In this document: piece after piece, positions 1 to 10,042 of the stretch | Position numbering within the stretch: position 1 is the first letter of the stretch | How the letters are laid out: the number at the start of each line of letters is the position of its first letter | Assembly: GCA_900315075.1 (NCBI GenBank) | Contig: OMXV01000017.1 | Coordinates: 2,736-66,735, forward strand | DNA length: 64,000 bases | From: an uncultured Prevotellaceae bacterium | GTDB taxonomy: Bacteria; Bacteroidota; Bacteroidia; Bacteroidales; Bacteroidaceae | Reading direction: 5' to 3' | Notes under the pieces: generated by a model | Told to the model about the DNA's origin: nothing | Database searches by the model: none | The model's input: only the letters and a program-made list of their open reading frames with translations | Made by a program: the position numbers and the translations under genes

Positions 1-909
1 CGCTTGATGATGGCTAAGCGCTGGCCGGAAATCAAAACGCAAACCGTGGTTGGCTCTATTTCCAACCTAAGCCGCATGGAGCATATCTTCCAGACCTTCC
101 GCCCAGAATATGTCTTCCATGCTGCTGCATACAAGCATGTGCCAATGATGGAGGACAATCCAAGTGAAAGCATCCAAAACAACATCTATGGCACAAAGGT
201 GATGGCAGACTTGAGCGTGAAATATGGTGTCAAAAAATTTGTGATGCTCAGCACCGACAAAGCCGTGAACCCTACCAATGTGATGGGTTGTTCAAAGCGC
301 ATCTGCGAGATTTATGTCCAAAGTCTCGACAAAGCCATCAAGGAGGGCAAAGTGAAAGGTGTCACACAATTTGTCACAACCCGATTCGGCAATGTATTGG
401 GATCCAATGGTTCTGTTATTCCATTATTTGAACGACAAATCAAAGCCGGTGGCCCTGTCACTGTGACCGACGAGCGTATCATCCGCTATTTTATGCTGAT
501 TCCAGAAGCATGCAAACTTGTGTTAGAAGCTGGCACCCATGGTAATGGCGGTGAGATTTTCGTCTTCGATATGGGAGAGCCCGTGCGCATTGCCGACCTC
601 GCAAAGCAGATGATTAAGTTGAGTGGTGCCAAGGACGTTGAAATCAAATATACAGGACTCCGTCCAGGTGAGAAACTCTATGAGGAACTACTTTCCACAG
701 AAGAAAACACCAAACCGAGTTTCCACGAAAAGATACGTATCGCAGAAGTAAGGGAATATGAATATGAGGATGTTGAGCGCGACATTGATGAAATTGTACA
801 GATCGCTGACACATACGATGCCATGGCCATTGTTGGAAAGATGAAGGAGATGGTGCCAGAATACAAGTCGAACAACTCCATCTATTCCAAACTGGACAAA
901 GACAAATAA
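1..909 (+). CDS. Polysaccharide biosynthesis nucleoside-diphosphate sugar epimerase/dehydratase (CapD/PglF-like), 5'-truncated by the window edge
   Basis: Motifs VFHAAAYKHVP, STDKAVNPTNVMG, RFGNVLGSNGSV, GLRPGEKLYEEL. Confidence 0.92.
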   Translation, partial: RLMMAKRWPEIKTQTVVGSISNLSRMEHIFQTFRPEYVFHAAAYKHVPMMEDNPSESIQNNIYGTKVMADLSVKYGVKKFVMLSTDKAVNPTNVMGCSKRICEIYVQSLDKAIKEGKVKGVTQFVTTRFGNVLGSNGSVIPLFERQIKAGGPVTVTDERIIRYFMLIPEACKLVLEAGTHGNGGEIFVFDMGEPVRIADLAKQMIKLSGAKDVEIKYTGLRPGEKLYEELLSTEENTKPSFHEKIRIAEVREYEYEDVERDIDEIVQIADTYDAMAIVGKMKEMVPEYKSNNSIYSKLDKDK

Positions 910-953
910 CATAGTCTATCACCCACTTATAATTGATAGAATAGCAGTACCCT

Positions 954-999
954 ATAGCAGCAGTAGCGAAATAATTAAAAATATAGCTACTGCTGCTAT
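954..999 (+). terminator. Inverted repeat after capD-like gene, probable terminator
   Basis: ATAGCAGCAGTAGC ... GCTACTGCTGCTAT arms. Confidence 0.5.
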
Positions 1000-1109
1000 T
1001 CTATTTAGAAACATGCCATGACTACAAGTTTTTTTGTGAGTTTGAGGTTTGCTTAAGCCTATTTCACAAAAATAATGGACTTATTTGCTTTGCATTCACT
1101 TTTTTTTTG

Positions 1110-1117
1110 TACTTTTG
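1110..1117 (+). promoter_or_regulatory. Bacteroidetes primary sigma -7 box (TAnnTTTG)
   Basis: TACTTTTG with an upstream TTTG near 1089. Confidence 0.6.
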
Positions 1118-1126
1118 CCCCAAAAT

Positions 1127-1243
1127 AGCGTCGTGCGACGCTTGACTCTTTACCTAGTCTTTTATTAGGAGCTAAGAATCGAGGGATAAGGTAGGGACAT
1201 TCCCCGAGTATGTCCAGCAAAGCCTTTCGAGCGGCAGAGTTAA
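1127..1243 (+). ncRNA. Candidate structured leader RNA (hairpin plus four-way junction)
   Basis: Manual pairing: AGCGTC/GACGCT; TTGACTCT/AGAGTTAA; TTACCT/AGGTAG; GGACAT/ATGTCC; GCC/GGC around TTCG. Confidence 0.4.
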
Positions 1244-1315
1244 TCTTAACCACTAACCTCTTACCACTGGGTTCTTAAGTTGATGAGTTGACAAGGTAAT
1301 AGTTTTGGAGTTTTT

Positions 1316-1343
1316 CTGTAGGGTCTTACTTTATGTATGCCCG
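1316..1343 (+). repeat. GTAG-type REP-like palindrome, copy 1
   Basis: CTGTAGGGTCTTACTTTATGTATGCCCG, one mismatch to the copies at 11184 and 32516. Confidence 0.8.
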
Positions 1344-1440
1344 ATGAAAACAAGTTGATAAGTCACTACTAACTCCTAACACCTAACTAATTAGCTCTCC
1401 TAATAACACGATGAAATTATCAATTAAAATACATAGATCT

Positions 1441-4215
1441 ATGAAACAAAATTTACGCTTTTTAATGTTAGCACTGCTATGCGCAGTGTTTAGTACGACG
1501 TGGGGGCAAACGACAGTTAACTTCACCCCAGGAACAGATACAGGTGAAACATCTGTTACAAAAAATGGTGTTACAGTCACTATGACCACGATGAATAACG
1601 CGAGTTATTATCAGATTTATGCAAATCAATCTGGCACCTTCACATGTTCCAATGGAAACATAACAAAAATTGAATTTATTTGTACTGCTGAAGGAAAAAG
1701 CAAATACGGTCCAGGAAACTCATCTGCTAATGTAGGCACTTATTCTTTTTCAAATTTTACTGGTACATGGACAGGTTCTGCCGAATCTGTAACAATTTCT
1801 TCAACGGCTCAAGTTCGAATGAAAAGTCTTAGTGTCACCTACACTTCTGGCGACACCCCCTCCACCACCTACTCCGTGACTTACGACTGTAATGGTGGCA
1901 CAAGCGGCTGTCCATCAAACCAAAATGGAGTGTCCGCCGGACAGAAAATCACCATCGCCGGTGAGCCAACTCGTACAGACTACACCTTTGGTGGATGGAG
2001 TGACGGAACAGACCTCTATGATGCCGGCGACGAATATACCGTCAATGGCAATGTCACATTCACCGCTCAATGGACTGAAAGCACAACTCCACAACCCAGC
2101 GATAATGTTTATACACTATTTAGTGGTGAACTTATAGAAGGTAACTATATCATCTATTACAATGGCAAAGCCATGAAAAATTCGCGTATTAACTCGAATA
2201 CGAAAAGACTTGGCTATTCAGAAGTAACACCCACCAACGACGTTATTGAGAATCCAGATGCCTCCATTGTATGGCACATTGCTCCAAGTGGAGATTATTG
2301 GACGATTTACAATACTGAAGCAAGTAAATATGCAGCTAATACAGGAAATACATCTAATAATAATGAGGCTGATATGCAAGCTGATCTTGATGACAAGGCA
2401 TTATGGACTGTAAGCAAAGTAAGCGATGATAAATATGAGTTTATTAATAAATATAGAGTTTTTTACAACCTCGGCAGAGAAAACCTTCGAAACAATGGAA
2501 GCAATGGTTTTGCTTGCTATAACCCACAGAATGTAGGCGGTCCTCTGACACTATATAAAGCAAGTTCTGGCAAACTTCCCATTGCGTCGAATTTGCCGTC
2601 TTCTCTCACTTCAGAGAATTTGTTTATTGGAGCGACCGGGTCATTCTCACTTACGGGCACGACATACGCTGAAGGCCAAACATACACAACTTCATGGGAA
2701 AGTCTTTCACCCGACATTATTACTTTCGATGGAGACAACTATACGACTATAGGAACAGGACAAGCTCAGATAAAGGTAACAATAACTCCTACAGGTACTA
2801 GTGCTGATAGTTATCATGAAGTCTATCGTGAATACACTGTCTATGTAGAGAGGAAAAACGCTGAGATTGAGGCAATTGCTGATATGAATCTTCAAACAGG
2901 AGAAACACAACAGTTTACTGTATCCTGCAATTCAGACGCGACTATTTCCATTTCATCAAGCAATGAAAATGTAGTCTCTGTTTCAAATTCTGGCAATAAC
3001 ACATGGATTGTCACTGCTGTTGGCAAAGGCTCTGCCACTGTTACTGTCACATCACCAGCAACAGAAAACTACAAGCAGGCTGAGGTTACATTTAGCGTGA
3101 AAGTTACAGGAAGTCTCGCACCAGGTGTTCTCTTCTACGAATCGTTTGACTCATCAAATGGTGAAGGAGGTAATGATGGAAAATGGGGAAATTTCTCATC
3201 AACATCAGATCTTATCTGCGACAATGATGGATGGGAAACTTCATCTGTTTATGGTGCATCCGCTTGTGCAAGACTTGGAACAACCAAAAATCCGGGTAGT
3301 GCCACATCACCTACTATAGCCACTCAAGGGGGTGCTGTGACCATTACATTCAAAGCAGGCTCTTGGACAAGTGATAATGCCACATTATCTGTGGACATTC
3401 TTGATGGTACAACTGTAAAAGAGACAAAATCTTATAACTTGCCTGATGCTCAATTTGGCAATTATACAATCAATATCACTGGCGTAAATAACCTGAAGCT
3501 TAAATTCTACACCGCATCTTCTGGTGACAGGCTCTTCCTCGACGAGATAGAAGTAAAAGAAGCCACCCCCATTACCGCCACATTCAATCATAAATACAAA
3601 GGTTTCACATCTATTTACTATGCTGATAAGAACCTGAAAGTGCCTGCTGATGTTACGGCCCATACTTATAAAGTGGTCAATGGCAAGGGTGAATATATCA
3701 ATAATATCCCTGCAGGGGGAGTAATTCCCGCTGGTACTCCAGTGATTCTGGAATACGGTAAGTCATTTACAGAAGCTGTAACCGTGACCTTCGAAGAAGT
3801 GGAATCTGCTGAGCCTTTGAACGATGGCAACATGCTCCGTGGGTCAGATGATGTAGATTCAAATGGACTGACCACAGCCCCAGGCAATGGAAAACAAGCC
3901 GACTATTATTACTATGTTCTATCTGTAGGAAAAAGTAGTGAAAATGCCAACAAGATTGGTTTCTATTGGAAACTTGAAGATGGTGGACCTTTCACACCCA
4001 CTCCACACAAGATATACTTGGCCTTATTGCAGTCTGAAGTGGACGCAAACAACGCTTCTATCATTAGCATTTACGACAGTGATGGAATAGACAGTATTGC
4101 AACAAGCGACTATACCACACAAGACGTTTATTCTCTCTCAGGTGTCCGCATGAATGGCAAGGATCTTCCCAAGGGTATCTATATCATTGGTGGAAAGAAA
4201 GTTGTAATTAAATAA
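1441..4215 (+). CDS. Large secreted surface protein with an InlB-B/Flg_new-like repeat, Ig-like domains and a T9SS-type C-terminal tail
   Basis: Signal peptide MKQNLRFLMLALLCAVFSTTWGQ; YSVTYDCNGG...PTRTDYTFGGW...FTAQW; C-terminus VYSLSGVRM...LPKGIYIIGGKKVVIK. Confidence 0.75.
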   Translation: MKQNLRFLMLALLCAVFSTTWGQTTVNFTPGTDTGETSVTKNGVTVTMTTMNNASYYQIYANQSGTFTCSNGNITKIEFICTAEGKSKYGPGNSSANVGTYSFSNFTGTWTGSAESVTISSTAQVRMKSLSVTYTSGDTPSTTYSVTYDCNGGTSGCPSNQNGVSAGQKITIAGEPTRTDYTFGGWSDGTDLYDAGDEYTVNGNVTFTAQWTESTTPQPSDNVYTLFSGELIEGNYIIYYNGKAMKNSRINSNTKRLGYSEVTPTNDVIENPDASIVWHIAPSGDYWTIYNTEASKYAANTGNTSNNNEADMQADLDDKALWTVSKVSDDKYEFINKYRVFYNLGRENLRNNGSNGFACYNPQNVGGPLTLYKASSGKLPIASNLPSSLTSENLFIGATGSFSLTGTTYAEGQTYTTSWESLSPDIITFDGDNYTTIGTGQAQIKVTITPTGTSADSYHEVYREYTVYVERKNAEIEAIADMNLQTGETQQFTVSCNSDATISISSSNENVVSVSNSGNNTWIVTAVGKGSATVTVTSPATENYKQAEVTFSVKVTGSLAPGVLFYESFDSSNGEGGNDGKWGNFSSTSDLICDNDGWETSSVYGASACARLGTTKNPGSATSPTIATQGGAVTITFKAGSWTSDNATLSVDILDGTTVKETKSYNLPDAQFGNYTINITGVNNLKLKFYTASSGDRLFLDEIEVKEATPITATFNHKYKGFTSIYYADKNLKVPADVTAHTYKVVNGKGEYINNIPAGGVIPAGTPVILEYGKSFTEAVTVTFEEVESAEPLNDGNMLRGSDDVDSNGLTTAPGNGKQADYYYYVLSVGKSSENANKIGFYWKLEDGGPFTPTPHKIYLALLQSEVDANNASIISIYDSDGIDSIATSDYTTQDVYSLSGVRMNGKDLPKGIYIIGGKKVVIK

Positions 4216-4232
4216 TTATGGAGGATAGGAAA

Positions 4233-4418
4233 ATGAAAAAATATATTAAACCAGCAATCGATATAGAGAAGTATGGACTTACCATGGAAATCATGGCAGG
4301 GACAACACCACAACCACGACCAGGGGACACAGCAGACGGTGAAGCCTCAAATAAAGGTTTCATGGGTGATTCCGATGACGATTTAATATTCAACAGGACA
4401 AACCTCTGGGAGGATTAA
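4233..4418 (+). CDS. Small acidic peptide MKKYIKP...LWED
   Basis: 61-aa ORF directly after the T9SS protein and before a terminator; shares N- and C-terminal motifs with the ORF at 61250-61432. Confidence 0.65.
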   Translation: MKKYIKPAIDIEKYGLTMEIMAGTTPQPRPGDTADGEASNKGFMGDSDDDLIFNRTNLWED

Positions 4419-4456
4419 AACGACGCATCAGTCACAGTATTATCATACAACCACGC

Positions 4457-4493
4457 AAGATAATGGGCGGCAAATGCCGCCCATTATCTTTTT
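4457..4493 (+). terminator. Rho-independent terminator
   Basis: AAGATAATGGGCGGCA-AA-TGCCGCCCATTATCTT followed by TTT. Confidence 0.85.
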
Positions 4494-4543
4494 GATTTAC
4501 GCATGCCTTTTAGGGGCATTAACATCTAACATCGTAGAGACGC

Positions 4544-4623
4544 ACGGGCACCCCTCCCCGCAAGCGGCTTTTAAATGCCCCACCCCGCCCTACGGGCACC
4601 CCTCCCCGCAAGCGGAGGAGGGG
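4544..4623. repeat. GC-rich 24-bp direct repeat with hairpin (REP-like)
   Basis: ACGGGCACCCCTCCCCGCAAGCGG at 4544 and 4592; the second forms CCCCTCC-CCGC-AA-GCGG-A-GGAGGGG. Confidence 0.7.
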
Positions 4624-4780
4624 AATGCCTAACGGACACAAGCTGATAGCGACATCCGCAAAATGAGCTATAGTTCGAGCAAAAGCACATGATTTAACGA
4701 AAATTAGCAGTCTGATTCTTGACTATTTGATGAAATAAGACTATTTTTGCAAATAAATCGCATAAAAACACATTTTTACT

Positions 4781-6034
4781 ATGAAAACTACAACTGAGAT
4801 GCCTGAAATAAGGCGGAATAGCGAGCAATTAATGGAACTTGAGGAGCACTATGGTGCCCACAACTATCATCCACTGCCAGTGGTGCTACATCGTGGTGAA
4901 GGTATTTATGTATGGGATGTGGAGGGGAAAAAATATTTCGATTTTCTATCATCCTACTCTGCCGTCAACCAAGGCCACTGCCATCCTCGCATCGTGAAAG
5001 CCCTGAAAGAACAGGCAGATACACTTTGTCTGACCTCACGCGCCTTTTACAACGACGCCCTGTGCGAATACGAACTGTTTATGCATGAGTATTTCGGCTA
5101 CGACCGCATCCTGCCAATGAATACTGGCGCCGAGGGTGTGGAAACAGCCCTGAAACTCGCCCGCCGCTGGGGTGCTGTGAAAAAAGGTATTGCCAATGAT
5201 AAAATCAAGGTCATCTGCTGCGAAGGCAACTTCCATGGCCGTACCGTGACAGTTATCACGATGAGCAACGACCCCAGTTCGTACGACAATTATGGTCCAC
5301 TCACACCGGGATTTATCCGCATTCCCTATAACGATACAAAAGCACTCGCCGAAGCGCTCGACACCTATGGTGAGGAAGTCTGTGCCTTCATTGCCGAGCC
5401 CATCCAAGGTGAAGCTGGCGTATTCGTTCCCGACGACGGCTATCTGAAAGTATGCTACGACCTATGCCACCAACACAACGTGTTGTTTATCGCCGATGAA
5501 GTTCAGACAGGCATCGCCCGTACGGGTAAGATGCTCTGCTCAGAGCACGATGGTGTGCGCCCCGACATTGTCGTCTTAGGCAAAGCCCTCGGTGGTGGTG
5601 TGCTTCCCGTCTCCGCCTGTCTGGCCGACGACGACATAATGCTCAACATCAAACCAGGTGAGCATGGTTCCACCTTCGGAGGATTCCCCTTAGCCGCCCG
5701 CGTGGCTGTGGAGGCGCTGAAAGTGGTCAGAGACGAGCATCTGGTGGAAAATGCTGAAGCCATGGGCAAGATTTTCCGCGAGGAGGTCAGGAAGATTGAA
5801 TCGCCATTCATCGAACAAGTACGGGGACGTGGACTGCTCAATGCCATCGTCACGAAGCCAGTCAATGGCAAAACCGCTTGGGATCTCTGCATCCGCATGA
5901 TGGAAAAAGGCTTGCTCGCCAAACCTACCCACGACCATATCATCCGCTTTGCTCCCCCACTCTGCATCAAAGAGAATGAACTGAGGGAAGCCATCCAAAT
6001 AATCGAAGAAGTTTTTAAGACTGATAGTTTATGA
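4781..6034 (+). CDS. rocD: Ornithine--oxo-acid aminotransferase
   Basis: [54 protein letters not shown]. Confidence 0.95.
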   Translation: MKTTTEMPEIRRNSEQLMELEEHYGAHNYHPLPVVLHRGEGIYVWDVEGKKYFDFLSSYSAVNQGHCHPRIVKALKEQADTLCLTSRAFYNDALCEYELFMHEYFGYDRILPMNTGAEGVETALKLARRWGAVKKGIANDKIKVICCEGNFHGRTVTVITMSNDPSSYDNYGPLTPGFIRIPYNDTKALAEALDTYGEEVCAFIAEPIQGEAGVFVPDDGYLKVCYDLCHQHNVLFIADEVQTGIARTGKMLCSEHDGVRPDIVVLGKALGGGVLPVSACLADDDIMLNIKPGEHGSTFGGFPLAARVAVEALKVVRDEHLVENAEAMGKIFREEVRKIESPFIEQVRGRGLLNAIVTKPVNGKTAWDLCIRMMEKGLLAKPTHDHIIRFAPPLCIKENELREAIQIIEEVFKTDSL

Positions 6035-6100
6035 GTTTGTGAGTTTTGGGATGGAGTGGGATGAATTGGGACGAATTGGGATAGAAAAGTACAGTAATCT

Positions 6101-6168
6101 CTTACCACTAAGTCACTCCTAACTTCTAACTCCTAACTTCTAACTTCTAACTCCTAACTTCTAACTCC
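6101..6168. repeat. Heptamer tandem repeat (CTAACTC/CTAACTT)
   Basis: ctcctaacttctaactcctaacttctaac... immediately before the ctlX start. Confidence 0.9.
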
Positions 6169-6175
6169 TTTCAAC

Positions 6176-7090
6176 ATGCAAACAACAAATCATTTGCTCA
6201 TGGTTAGGCCATCGCGCTTTGCCTTCAATGAGGAGACAGCTGCGAACAATGCCTTCCAACAAAAGAGCCAGACTGCAGAAGAAGCTCTTCGCATCCAACG
6301 ACAGGCTGTAGAGGAGTTTAATGCCTATGTCACCCTCCTACGGGAAAACGGCATCACGGTGGATGTGCGTCAAGATACCCCCGAGCCCTTCACCCCCGAC
6401 TCCATTTTTCCCAACAACTGTTTCTCCACTCATCTGATAGGAACAGAGCGTGTGCTCGTGGTCTATCCAATGTTTGCGCCCAACCGCCGTCTGGAACGTG
6501 AGAAGCTTTTCACAAAAAAAGACTATACACAGTTTGACCATGTAATCGACCTGACGCACTGGGAACAAGAGGGCAAATTCCTTGAAGGAACGGGTTCGCT
6601 CATTCTCGACCGCGACCACCATATCGCCTATGCCTGCCGTAGTCCGCGCACCAACGAAAACGTGCTACAGGATTGGGCAAATAGATTAGGGTATGACTAT
6701 TTCCTTTTCGACAGCGAGGACGAAAATGGTATGAGCGTCTATCACACCAATGTGGTGATGCACGTGGGCACACGATTTGCCATCGTATGCATGGACTCTA
6801 TCAAAGAAGCCTCACAACGGAATCACTTAACCGACCTATTAGCAGCAAATGGTAAGGAAGTGGTGGACATCACCATGGAACAAATGCACCATTTCGCTGG
6901 CAACATGTTGGAAGTAAGAAATGATAAAGGGCAGAAACTACTCATCATGAGTGCCACGGCAAAACATTCACTCACCAAAGAGCAGATTGCCCTTCTCGAG
7001 AAAGATGTTAAAATTCTCGCACCATCGCTCGATGCCATCGAAACAGCCGGAGGCGGCAGCGCCCGATGCATGATAGCGGAGGTGTTTTGA
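6176..7090 (+). CDS. ctlX: Amidinotransferase-family citrulline utilization hydrolase (CtlX-like)
   Basis: MVRP..F..N, TPDSIFPNN, LEGTGS, YHTNV, GGGSARCM. Confidence 0.8.
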   Translation: MQTTNHLLMVRPSRFAFNEETAANNAFQQKSQTAEEALRIQRQAVEEFNAYVTLLRENGITVDVRQDTPEPFTPDSIFPNNCFSTHLIGTERVLVVYPMFAPNRRLEREKLFTKKDYTQFDHVIDLTHWEQEGKFLEGTGSLILDRDHHIAYACRSPRTNENVLQDWANRLGYDYFLFDSEDENGMSVYHTNVVMHVGTRFAIVCMDSIKEASQRNHLTDLLAANGKEVVDITMEQMHHFAGNMLEVRNDKGQKLLIMSATAKHSLTKEQIALLEKDVKILAPSLDAIETAGGGSARCMIAEVF

Positions 7091-7142
7091 TAATCATCGG
7101 AGTAATCAGAGTAATCAGTATAAAAATCTAAACACAAATACT

Positions 7143-8768
7143 ATGAACAATTCTATTATCACTTTCCCAAAACCGGCAAATGAGCCGGTAAATAGTTATC
7201 TGGCAGGTTCGCCAGAACGAGTAGCACTTGAAAAAGAATTAGAACGACAGAGCAATCTGGTAGTCGATATCCCCATTATCATCGGAGGCAAAGAAATCCG
7301 CACTGGAAACATCGGCGAAGTGACATGTCCCCACGACCACAAGCATGTGCTTGCCCGCTACCACAAAGTAGGCAAGAAAGAAGTGAAAATGGCCATCGAC
7401 GCTGCCATGGAAGCCTGGCAGGAGTGGAGCCGCACACCCTGGACCACCCGTGCAGCCATTGTAATGAAGATGGCCGAACTACTTGCCACGAAATATCGTC
7501 CGATTATGAATGCTGCCACTATGCTTGGCCAAAGCAAGAACATTTTCCAGGCAGAAATCGACTCTGCCTGCGAGACCATCGACTTCTTCCGATACAACGT
7601 ACATTATGCATCGAAAATCTATGCCATGCAGCCCAAGGATGGAACCGCCCAGTTGAACCATACCGAATATCGTCCACTCGAGGGTTTTGTCCTTGCCGTA
7701 ACACCATTCAATTTCACGTCGATAGCCTCCAACCTATGTATGACACCTGTCTTGATGGGCAATGTGGCCATCTGGAAGCCCTCTACAACAGCTTTGTTGA
7801 GCAATTACTACCTGATGCAGCTCTACAAAGAAGCAGGCTTGCCCGACGGTGTAGTAAACTTCCTTCCCGGCAGCGGAGTGCTCATCGGCGAGACCGCCAC
7901 ACAGTCGAAGTATTTCGCTGGCATCCACTTCACGGGTTCCACCCAGACATTCAAAAGTCTGTGGCAACTGGCAAGCAACAACCTCGACAAGTATATCTCC
8001 TATCCCCGCCTTGTGGGCGAAACCGGTGGCAAGGATTTCATCTTCGTCCATCCTTCTGCTGACAAGAAAGCCGTGGCAACGGCAGCATTTTGTGGTGCCT
8101 TTGAATTCCAGGGACAGAAATGCTCGGCTGCCTCGCGTATGTATATCCCCAAGAGCCTGTGGCCCGATGTACTTGAAGACATGAAACGCATGGCTGCTGA
8201 AATCAAGATGGGTGATGTGAAAGACCCGATGAACTACATCAATGCAGTCATCGACGAGGCTTCGTTTGAGAAATGCAAATCCTACATCGACCATGCCACG
8301 GCGGCCGAAGATGCAAAAATTGTGGTAGGAGGACGCTACGACCGCTCGAAAGGATGGTTTGTAGAGCCTACTGTCATCGAGACCACCAATCCACATTTCA
8401 AGTCAATGGAAGAAGAGATATTCGGTCCGATTATCACCGTCTATCCCTATGATGACGACAAGGTGGATGAGACTGTCAAGCTTTGCGACGAGAGTTCGCC
8501 CTACGGCCTCACCGGTGCCGTCTTTGGCCGCGACCGCCTGGCCGTGGAAAAAATTACTGAGGCCCTGAGCTATGCAGCCGGCAACTTCTATATCAACGAC
8601 AAGCCCACCGGTGCCGTTGTGGGTATGCAGCCTTTCGGTGGTGCCCGCGCCAGTGGCACCAACGACAAAGCTGGTGGTGAGTTCAACCTCATCCGCTGGA
8701 TTATTCCTCGTGTGATTAAGGAGACTCTCGTATCACCTACGGATTATCGTTATACCTACCTAAAATGA
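7143..8768 (+). CDS. pruA: L-glutamate gamma-semialdehyde (P5C) dehydrogenase
   Basis: PFNFT, FTGST, GETGGKDF, FEFQGQKCSA, EEIFGP, QPFGGARASGTNDKAG. Confidence 0.95.
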   Translation: MNNSIITFPKPANEPVNSYLAGSPERVALEKELERQSNLVVDIPIIIGGKEIRTGNIGEVTCPHDHKHVLARYHKVGKKEVKMAIDAAMEAWQEWSRTPWTTRAAIVMKMAELLATKYRPIMNAATMLGQSKNIFQAEIDSACETIDFFRYNVHYASKIYAMQPKDGTAQLNHTEYRPLEGFVLAVTPFNFTSIASNLCMTPVLMGNVAIWKPSTTALLSNYYLMQLYKEAGLPDGVVNFLPGSGVLIGETATQSKYFAGIHFTGSTQTFKSLWQLASNNLDKYISYPRLVGETGGKDFIFVHPSADKKAVATAAFCGAFEFQGQKCSAASRMYIPKSLWPDVLEDMKRMAAEIKMGDVKDPMNYINAVIDEASFEKCKSYIDHATAAEDAKIVVGGRYDRSKGWFVEPTVIETTNPHFKSMEEEIFGPIITVYPYDDDKVDETVKLCDESSPYGLTGAVFGRDRLAVEKITEALSYAAGNFYINDKPTGAVVGMQPFGGARASGTNDKAGGEFNLIRWIIPRVIKETLVSPTDYRYTYLK

Positions 8769-10042
8769 ATACACCCAACATCACACCTTGCAAAGTGAAT
8801 GTCGCCTCGGAGACAGGTCGCCTACGTGCGGTCCTGCTCCGTAGGCCTGGCATTGAGATTGAGCGAATGACACCACTCAATGCCGCCCAAGCACTCTACA
8901 GCGACATTCTCGACAAACCCACCGTAGATAATGAATATGGGCTGTTCAGCGGTGTCCTTGAGCGTTGGTGCACGGTCTATCACGTACAGGACATCCTCGA
9001 GGTATTGCTCAAGGACAACGACATCCGTCAACACCTCGTCATAGAAAGTTTGCGGCACGACCGACGCACTTCACAGCAACAACAACTCAACGATGGCCTA
9101 ACCGACTATCTGATGGGCCTCGACAGCACCCAATTGGCCCGCGTACTTATCGAGGGATATGAGAAAGATTTCTGGGATGGTTTCTCCGACGACCGCTATC
9201 TGCTGAAACCACTCTATAACTTGCTTTTCACGCGTGATGCATCCTCTACAATATACGACCGAGTGCTCATAAACTCTATGAGTTTTGAAGTACGCGAACG
9301 CGAATCGATGATCTACGAAGCCATCTTCCGACATTTCTTCGGTGCCGAAATCCTGAATGTGGCGCCATGGAATCCTTTGGCACGAACCGAAGGCGGTGAC
9401 ATCCACATAGCTTCACCCGACTTACTCTGTATCGGCGAAGGCATACGAACCAATGCCAAAGGTATCGATTACCTTGCTCAGAAATTCGCACACGAGCGCG
9501 ACCATTTCAACATCCTCGTTCAGGAGATGCCAATGGAACCCGACTCATTTATCCACCTCGACATGGTGTTCACCTTCCTTTCTCAGCACGAGTGTATGGT
9601 TTTCGAACCTATGTTGAAAAAGCAAGGCATCTTTGCGAACAAGGCCACAACATTGATTCAGATAGACAATGGAAAAATCACCTATCACCAGGTAGGAAAT
9701 ATCCTCAATGGTCTGCGACAGGTGGGATGGGACATCAAACCTATCATCTGCGGTGGCAGCGACTCATGGGTACAACTACGCGAGCAATGGCATAGCGGTG
9801 CCAACTTCTTTGCTCTTGGCGATGGTCAGGTGATTGGTTATCGGCGTAACACGCATACCATCGATGCCCTCGACAAAGCTGGCTACTCTATTCTCAATGC
9901 CGAAGACATAGTAGATGGCAATGTGGATATGAATGACTATGGTAAATTTGCCGTGGCATTTGCCGGGTCAGAACTTCCACGCGCTGGTGGCGGCGCCCGG
10001 TGTATGACCATGCCGATACTTAGAGATTTAGTGGATAGTTAG
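8765..10042 (+). CDS. arcA: Arginine deiminase
   Basis: SETGRLRAVLL, FTRD, EGGD, IHLDMVF, SELPRAGGGARCMT. Confidence 0.88.
   Translation: MNTPNITPCKVNVASETGRLRAVLLRRPGIEIERMTPLNAAQALYSDILDKPTVDNEYGLFSGVLERWCTVYHVQDILEVLLKDNDIRQHLVIESLRHDRRTSQQQQLNDGLTDYLMGLDSTQLARVLIEGYEKDFWDGFSDDRYLLKPLYNLLFTRDASSTIYDRVLINSMSFEVRERESMIYEAIFRHFFGAEILNVAPWNPLARTEGGDIHIASPDLLCIGEGIRTNAKGIDYLAQKFAHERDHFNILVQEMPMEPDSFIHLDMVFTFLSQHECMVFEPMLKKQGIFANKATTLIQIDNGKITYHQVGNILNGLRQVGWDIKPIICGGSDSWVQLREQWHSGANFFALGDGQVIGYRRNTHTIDALDKAGYSILNAEDIVDGNVDMNDYGKFAVAFAGSELPRAGGGARCMTMPILRDLVDS

Noticed and set aside
1195-1243. c-di-GMP-I riboswitch because of GCAAAGCC
   Set aside because: The GGCAAAC-GNRA stem and GGGAC context are missing, so it is kept only as an unassigned structured RNA.
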